From assembly GCA_043811375.1 (NCBI GenBank), contig JBDRNJ010000010.1, positions 1 through 55,492 on the forward strand: a stretch of 55,492 nucleotides of DNA. Reading direction: 5' to 3'. Below the pieces are notes generated by a model, which saw nothing but the letters and a program-made list of their open reading frames with translations, made no database searches and was not told the origin of the DNA. Position 1 is the first letter of the stretch. Each line of letters opens with the position of its first letter. The stretch is from a bacterium (lineage in GTDB: Bacteria > Zixibacteria > MSB-5A5 > GN15 > FEB-12). The position numbers and the translations under genes were made by a program. Positions 50,104 to 55,492 of the stretch are shown piece after piece.

Positions 50104-51162
50104 ATGCGAACGTGGTTTCAAAGGTTAGTATCACCCGTAATCAGCGCAATTTGTTTGTCGCTGTTTCTTGGCTCTGCGGTCCAGGGTGCGGAACCGGTGC
50201 CGGATCTGGTGACGTCGGGCTATGGCAAGTATGTCCGTGGTCAGTTAGATGATGCGATTGGTATTGGTCAGGCATTGCTCGGACGCGATGACCTTACGTC
50301 TCGTGACAGCATTGCGGTGTTTGAGTTGCTGAGTTTGAGCTTCTACGCCCGCGGTCAAAACTACAGGGACACGGCTTATGGTTACCTGGAACGGATCGCT
50401 GAGGTGGGTCTCTGTTTGAATCGTTTGCCGCAGGAGTTCTGGCCGTCGCAGTTGTGTGATACGTTGTATGGTATCAAGCGGGCACGTAATGTGTTGACCT
50501 GTCCTCGGGATGGTACCTCGGAGATCCGGACGATAGCGTTTTTGCCGTTAGTGAACTATTCGATCGGAGAATACATCGAGAAGAACCGTCTGGTAGGCGG
50601 AGCGCTGTCGGAGTTTTTGGTTTATCATTTTTCATCCTTTGGTGAATTGGACGTAGTGGAGCGGAGTCTGATCGACAATATCATCAAGGAGCACAAGTTA
50701 GTCAGGGACAGTCTGATAGATGCCGGCAGTGCGATTCGAGTGGGCAAGCTTCTTGGTGCACATCTCATGGTTTTCGGAAGTATCACGCAGTTTGATGATC
50801 GTAATGCCCGGATGACGGCCCGGGTGGTGCAAGTAGAGACGGGTCTGATATTGACTATGGTGATCAAAGAAGGGCGACCTGACTTCAAGAAAATGGAGCA
50901 GGAACTGGTTGAGGAACTGGCAGAGAAACTGGAACTGACGTTGACCAAGGAAACCCGCCACAATCTGAAGCAGGGTGGTACGGAATCGATGGACGCGTTG
51001 CAGCATTACGCCGAGGGCTTGCAGTTGATAGATCGTTACGATTACAAGCGCGCCTATGATTGTTTCCGCAAGGCGTTGGAAATGGATAGTACGTTTATAC
51101 AGGCACAGCAAAAGATAGACACCTACCGTCCCCTGGTGGGGGCTGTGGTAGATGCAGGATAA
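50104..51162 (+). CDS. Secreted CsgG/HfaB (TolB-N-like) domain + TPR protein
   Basis: Signal peptide; TIAFLPL.N, VVERS.ID.IIKE..L, AIRVGKLLGA..MVFGS, ARVV.VETG; C-terminal TPR; SD GAGGAG. Confidence 0.82.
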   Translation: MRTWFQRLVSPVISAICLSLFLGSAVQGAEPVPDLVTSGYGKYVRGQLDDAIGIGQALLGRDDLTSRDSIAVFELLSLSFYARGQNYRDTAYGYLERIAEVGLCLNRLPQEFWPSQLCDTLYGIKRARNVLTCPRDGTSEIRTIAFLPLVNYSIGEYIEKNRLVGGALSEFLVYHFSSFGELDVVERSLIDNIIKEHKLVRDSLIDAGSAIRVGKLLGAHLMVFGSITQFDDRNARMTARVVQVETGLILTMVIKEGRPDFKKMEQELVEELAEKLELTLTKETRHNLKQGGTESMDALQHYAEGLQLIDRYDYKRAYDCFRKALEMDSTFIQAQQKIDTYRPLVGAVVDAG

Positions 51163-51192
51163 CATATAACACTATAAGATCAGGATACGAAT

Positions 51193-52518
51193 ATGCGATT
51201 TAACAGAGGCTTAGTGCCGTTGTTGGTGGCAATCCTAGTGTTGGCGGGTTGTTCGCAGAGTCTGTATCTGCGGGGACGCAGTTTGTGCGATGACGGTCAG
51301 CATCGTCAGGCGGTGACAACACTACAGGCGGGCCTTCAGTCCGATGCTGCCGACTATCGGAGTTGGTGTGAGTTGGGCGTGGCCCACTTTGAGTTGGGCG
51401 AGTATGAACTGGCGCTGACGGCCCAGAAGCGTTCGTTGGCATTGCAGCCGACGGCGCGCGCCCAATTGTACGTCGGCATGTGTTACGAGAAACTGGCGCC
51501 CGGAGAGTCGACCCCGGAAGCGAAGGCGTCACGTTATGCATTGGCTCGGGAGGCCTACCGGGCGTCGTTGGGTTTGAATCCGCCGCAAGCGTTGCTTAGG
51601 GGTATTCAGGCTCGCATGGAACGCCTGCTCCGCATTGAGGAAATCCAGAAGGCTCTGTTTAAGGAGAATACTATCGATGCCGACACGATACCGGCCAACA
51701 CGGTAGCGGTGTATGATTTTGATTCCGAGGGATTGCCACCGGAGTTGGCGCCGCTGGCAGTGGGTTTGGCGGAGTTTACGTCGTTGAGTTTAACCAAAGT
51801 GAAGTCACTGCAGGTAGTGGAACGACTTCGAGTGCAGGAGTTGTTACGGGAGATGGAGTGGGTCAAGGAAGGTAAGGTGGATGCCTCGATGGCGCCGCGG
51901 ACAGGGTTATTGCTGGGCAGTAGTCGAGTGGTGACGGGCTGGGTGTCCAATCCGGAAGCTGAGAAAGTGCGCCTGGGCAGCAGTATCCACAATACGGCAG
52001 ACCATTCGGAGGCGACTCCGGACATAGAGGAAGGCAAGCTGCAACGGATCATCACGCTGCAGGTGGCGTTTGTTTACCAGATTCTCAAGGAGTTGGGTGT
52101 GGAACCGACACCAGCCGAGCGTGAGGCGATCGAAGCTCTGCCGACGGAATCGTACGATGCCTTCCTATCTTTCTGTCGTGGTTTACAGTTCAAGGCCGAG
52201 GGCAATTACAAGGAAGCCCAGCAGCAGTTTGAGGCGGCGATAGCGGCCGACGAAGGGTTTACCGAAGCGGCAGTGCAGTCGGAGGAAACGGCATCGCTGG
52301 AAGCGGGTGACAATCTTGAAGTCGATATCATGGTAGCTACGGTGGAGACGCCTGACCTGGGCGCCACACTGGGCGGCCTGGTGGAGAACACGGGCGCTGC
52401 GGAGCCGTCAGCGGATGATGATGATGGTGGCGGCGGTGGCGTGACCGATGATCCGCCACCACCGCCGGAGATACCCAAGGGTTCGGTTATAGTGGAGGGT
52501 ACTTTCGATGGCAACTAA
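51193..52518 (+). CDS. TPR + CsgG/HfaB domain lipoprotein
   Basis: Lipobox LAGC; TPRs; TVAVYDF, LQVVERLRVQELL.E, APRTG.LLG; acidic/Pro-rich tail. Confidence 0.82.
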   Translation: MRFNRGLVPLLVAILVLAGCSQSLYLRGRSLCDDGQHRQAVTTLQAGLQSDAADYRSWCELGVAHFELGEYELALTAQKRSLALQPTARAQLYVGMCYEKLAPGESTPEAKASRYALAREAYRASLGLNPPQALLRGIQARMERLLRIEEIQKALFKENTIDADTIPANTVAVYDFDSEGLPPELAPLAVGLAEFTSLSLTKVKSLQVVERLRVQELLREMEWVKEGKVDASMAPRTGLLLGSSRVVTGWVSNPEAEKVRLGSSIHNTADHSEATPDIEEGKLQRIITLQVAFVYQILKELGVEPTPAEREAIEALPTESYDAFLSFCRGLQFKAEGNYKEAQQQFEAAIAADEGFTEAAVQSEETASLEAGDNLEVDIMVATVETPDLGATLGGLVENTGAAEPSADDDDGGGGGVTDDPPPPPEIPKGSVIVEGTFDGN

Positions 52519-53620
52519 AGTTATAGTTTTCGGCTGGCTGCTGCTGTTGTTTCTGGCGGCGGCGGAAGTATCCTCACAGGTAGTCAAGGATGCTCATCCT
52601 TCATTGCAGACGCGTTTCATCTATAACAGCTGGCAGGTGACTGACAGCAGCGGCAAGGCCACCATCAAGCAGTCGGGCGTTCCGGTGCGTGGTTATATGC
52701 CGCTCCGGAACAATCTGGAGATGGTTTTTTCGACCCAGTTGTCGACCAACGACCTGCAAAGAGACAGCAGCCACAGCCTTTCCGGGGCGGGTGATTTCCG
52801 TGTGCAGGTGAATCAGTCGTTATCCGATGATCGGTTGCTTTTGAGTGCCGGGGTCAACCTGCCCACCGGCAAAAGTGAACTGGGTTACAATAATGACACT
52901 ATGATAGTCAACATGCTGGCACGGGACTATCTCGGTCTTGCCATGCGCCGTTTTGGCCAGGGTTTTGGTTTCAACCTGATGGTGGGCACGGCGGCGATGC
53001 TGGGAGACGTTCGCGGCGGTCTGGGGGTGATGTACGAATACACCGGTGAATATAATCCGTATACCGACATTGGTCGCTACGATCCCGGTAATTCAGCGAG
53101 CTTGACCGTGTCGGGCCTTCGTCAGTTGCGCCGCAGTTCACTGTACGGCGACGCGGTGGTGACGGTGTACGGTTCCGATCGCCTGGATGGCGAGTTGGTG
53201 TATCGTCGGAGTCCGCAGGTGGCGCTTCGCCTTGGAGGTCGTCATAGCTGGGACAAGTATCGTCTTGACGGCCGTATCCGCCTGGTCTGGCGGGGGCTGA
53301 ATCGTGAGTACGGGAACGGTGGTGTGGTGGCCGAGCAGTATCGTCTGTACGGCAACGAGTTTCAGGGTTCATTGTCGTGGCGCTGGTATGTCCGTCCCGA
53401 GTGGTATCTGTCGCCGGGGGTCAACGTCAAGTTGATTGCCGCCAACGACAAGGACCTGGGTTATTCGTACCTGACGGGGGTGGGTGGTACCGTGGGTCGG
53501 ACCATGGGCCGGCACGTTAACCTGCAACTGGGTGGACGCTACTATATGGGTCAGGCCGACGCGGGTGTTATTGATATCGACGGTTATCAGATTGTTGCCG
53601 GCGTGTCGGTGACGTTATGA
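52508..53620 (+). CDS. Putative outer-membrane beta-barrel protein
   Basis: Signal peptide, LSG.GD..V, GVNLPTG motif, amphipathic strands, C-terminal AGVSVTL. Confidence 0.75.
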   Translation: MATKVIVFGWLLLLFLAAAEVSSQVVKDAHPSLQTRFIYNSWQVTDSSGKATIKQSGVPVRGYMPLRNNLEMVFSTQLSTNDLQRDSSHSLSGAGDFRVQVNQSLSDDRLLLSAGVNLPTGKSELGYNNDTMIVNMLARDYLGLAMRRFGQGFGFNLMVGTAAMLGDVRGGLGVMYEYTGEYNPYTDIGRYDPGNSASLTVSGLRQLRRSSLYGDAVVTVYGSDRLDGELVYRRSPQVALRLGGRHSWDKYRLDGRIRLVWRGLNREYGNGGVVAEQYRLYGNEFQGSLSWRWYVRPEWYLSPGVNVKLIAANDKDLGYSYLTGVGGTVGRTMGRHVNLQLGGRYYMGQADAGVIDIDGYQIVAGVSVTL

Positions 53621-53634
53621 GGCAGGGATTGAAT

Positions 53635-55492
53635 ATGAACAAACGGTTTCTCAACTGGATCATGCTGGCGCTGGCATTGCTGACGGCAATGTACCTGCTG
53701 GTCACCTGCGCCGAGAAAGTCATCAACGACGACCACGATACCGCCATCCAGTTCAAAATAGCGGTAGCGAACGCCGGTACCAGCCTGGTAACCCGGTACG
53801 TGGCTACTATTTCGGCGCCGGATATGGACACGGTGACGGCTGAACTGTATCTGAGTGAAGGTATGGTGGTCGGTCGCATTGATAATATCGCGGAGGGCAG
53901 CGGCCGCACTGTCGTACTGGAAGGTATTGACAGCACCGGCACCGTCGTCTACCGCGGCGAAACGACCGATGTGACGGTTTCCGCCGGGACGACCGTCACG
54001 GTCAGTATCCTGATGGAACCGCAGGTGCCGATGATTCGCCTGGCACCGGCGTACACGACCGGGTTTTCTGGCGATTCTATCGTAGTTGATATCAAGGCTT
54101 ACAACCTTGACAACCTAACGATGCTGGAGTTGGCTCTCACCTATGATACTTCATCACTGTCGTTCCGTCAGATTCTGGCACCCTCGGCCGACTCGATCAG
54201 GGTCTGGTACGAAGGCCCAACCTTGATGATAACCTTGTGGGGTGACACGCTGGAGACCATCGGGACCGTCGGGGCGTGTACGTACGACTGTCAGATGCTC
54301 CCCGACTGCCGGACACTAACCGATCTTGGCGTAAACGTGACGGCTATTCAGGCGCTGGGCATTACGAACGTATCTGACGTATATACCGACGGCATGACAG
54401 CCAGAATAAGCAGTTACCGGCTACAGGTAACGGACACGGTGAAGTTTGAATACTCTGTACCCGGTGCCTATCTGTCCGATAAAGCATTTACCGTCAGAGA
54501 GGCGTGCGGCAACGGATCTGTCGACTACAGCCTGGCAGTGCTGGATTCGCCGGATTGGCTGACTTTGAGAGGTACCGCCGCCGGCTCCACACCAGGCACC
54601 CACAACTTAGGGGTAACCACGGCCGGTCTGGACACCAGCCAGGTATATAGCGCTAGGGTTCGGGTTGTTTCTGACAAAGTCGTGGACACTTCATACGTAC
54701 ACGTGAAGCTGAAGTTTGAAGGAGATGGTACCCCATGTGATAGTCTGGTCCGGCGGGCCTGTGATTCGCTGGCAAGAATGATGAACCAGGCAATCAATGT
54801 CACATGGGACGACCCCGATTCCACGTTCCGTCCCGGCGATGTTGACTTTACCGGTGTGCTGGCTCTGTTTGAGCGGGCTTTGTATATGTGCCCGGGCCAT
54901 GATAGTGCCCGATTCGGCGCAGCTTTTTCGGGATTGATGGTTTTCCTGGCCGATCCGGAGCTGAACAACCTGTACGAGAAATTCAAGAATATGCATGACA
55001 CCGGTGGCTTCTTCCCGGTGGCGCCCTACCCGCATATCGGCATCGGCGGCGATCTGGCGCCGGCCGGGATACCGATGACCCCGGTGGCCCTGCCGAAGGT
55101 GTTCACTGACTTCACTCGCCTGCATTCAGTGATGGCCCAGGCGGCCACCACCGATCCGACTATCTCGGAAGTGCAGGATCTTCTGGAGAACTCGTTGATA
55201 CCGAAGCTGGTGCTGGCGCAACAACGAGTAGAGAGTATCATCCAGCACAACCCGCAGTTTAAGTTCAGTATTTCGGCCGCCATGCAGGGGGACCCCGGCG
55301 CACCACCGATAGTGGTTGATCTGCCGGATTTCCGCACGGTACTGGCAACGGCCTACGCCGCTGAGGCTATGATACATATCCTCGTGGCTCGCAATTTCGA
55401 TCTGCCGTCCTATACGATAGACGAAATCGAGGAGGCGGTACAGCAGAGTTCCGACTTCACTGATCTAAAATCAGACGGCCGGGCGCATATGC
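53635..55492 (+). CDS. Large multidomain lipoprotein (Ig-like, cohesin-like, BACON-like, helical), 3'-partial
   Basis: Absent from the ORF track. Manual translation of frame +1 from ATG 53635 (alternative ATG 53617): MNKRFLNWIMLALALLTAMYLLVTCAEK..., no stop found up to the window end. Confidence 0.85.
   Translation, partial: MNKRFLNWIMLALALLTAMYLLVTCAEKVINDDHDTAIQFKIAVANAGTSLVTRYVATISAPDMDTVTAELYLSEGMVVGRIDNIAEGSGRTVVLEGIDSTGTVVYRGETTDVTVSAGTTVTVSILMEPQVPMIRLAPAYTTGFSGDSIVVDIKAYNLDNLTMLELALTYDTSSLSFRQILAPSADSIRVWYEGPTLMITLWGDTLETIGTVGACTYDCQMLPDCRTLTDLGVNVTAIQALGITNVSDVYTDGMTARISSYRLQVTDTVKFEYSVPGAYLSDKAFTVREACGNGSVDYSLAVLDSPDWLTLRGTAAGSTPGTHNLGVTTAGLDTSQVYSARVRVVSDKVVDTSYVHVKLKFEGDGTPCDSLVRRACDSLARMMNQAINVTWDDPDSTFRPGDVDFTGVLALFERALYMCPGHDSARFGAAFSGLMVFLADPELNNLYEKFKNMHDTGGFFPVAPYPHIGIGGDLAPAGIPMTPVALPKVFTDFTRLHSVMAQAATTDPTISEVQDLLENSLIPKLVLAQQRVESIIQHNPQFKFSISAAMQGDPGAPPIVVDLPDFRTVLATAYAAEAMIHILVARNFDLPSYTIDEIEEAVQQSSDFTDLKSDGRAHM

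Overview
This is a gene-dense, mostly housekeeping region of a diderm bacterium. The gene mix (PorV-like barrel, FlgD-Ig lipoprotein, two gluzincin-TolB-BamA fusions, CsgG/TPR operon) suggests an FCB-superphylum relative such as Zixibacteria; this is an inference. Recognisable genes include hsp20-dnaK-J-protein, ligA, pal-cpoB, cysS, tRNA-Thr(UGU), murA, uppP, amrS, a heptosyltransferase-GmhB fusion, an orphan SbcD/Mre11 nuclease, an NtrC-type activator and rocD. Five observations stand out. (1) A PhaR-domain/phasin ORF has a strong internal in-frame start and a perfect palindromic operator inside its own promoter. (2) A family of 131-217 bp non-autonomous MITE-like elements appears to insert into loops of REP-like hairpins with a 4-bp duplication. 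(3) GTAG-type REP/BIME-like repeats are abundant. (4) An uncharacterised operon encodes TPR/CsgG, TPR/CsgG, a beta-barrel and a large surface lipoprotein; its last gene is missing from the ORF track and runs off the window. (5) Two paralogous metalloprotease-propeller-Omp85 proteins are present. No CRISPR array, rRNA, integrase or transposase was found. All calls come from reading motifs by eye, with no database search.
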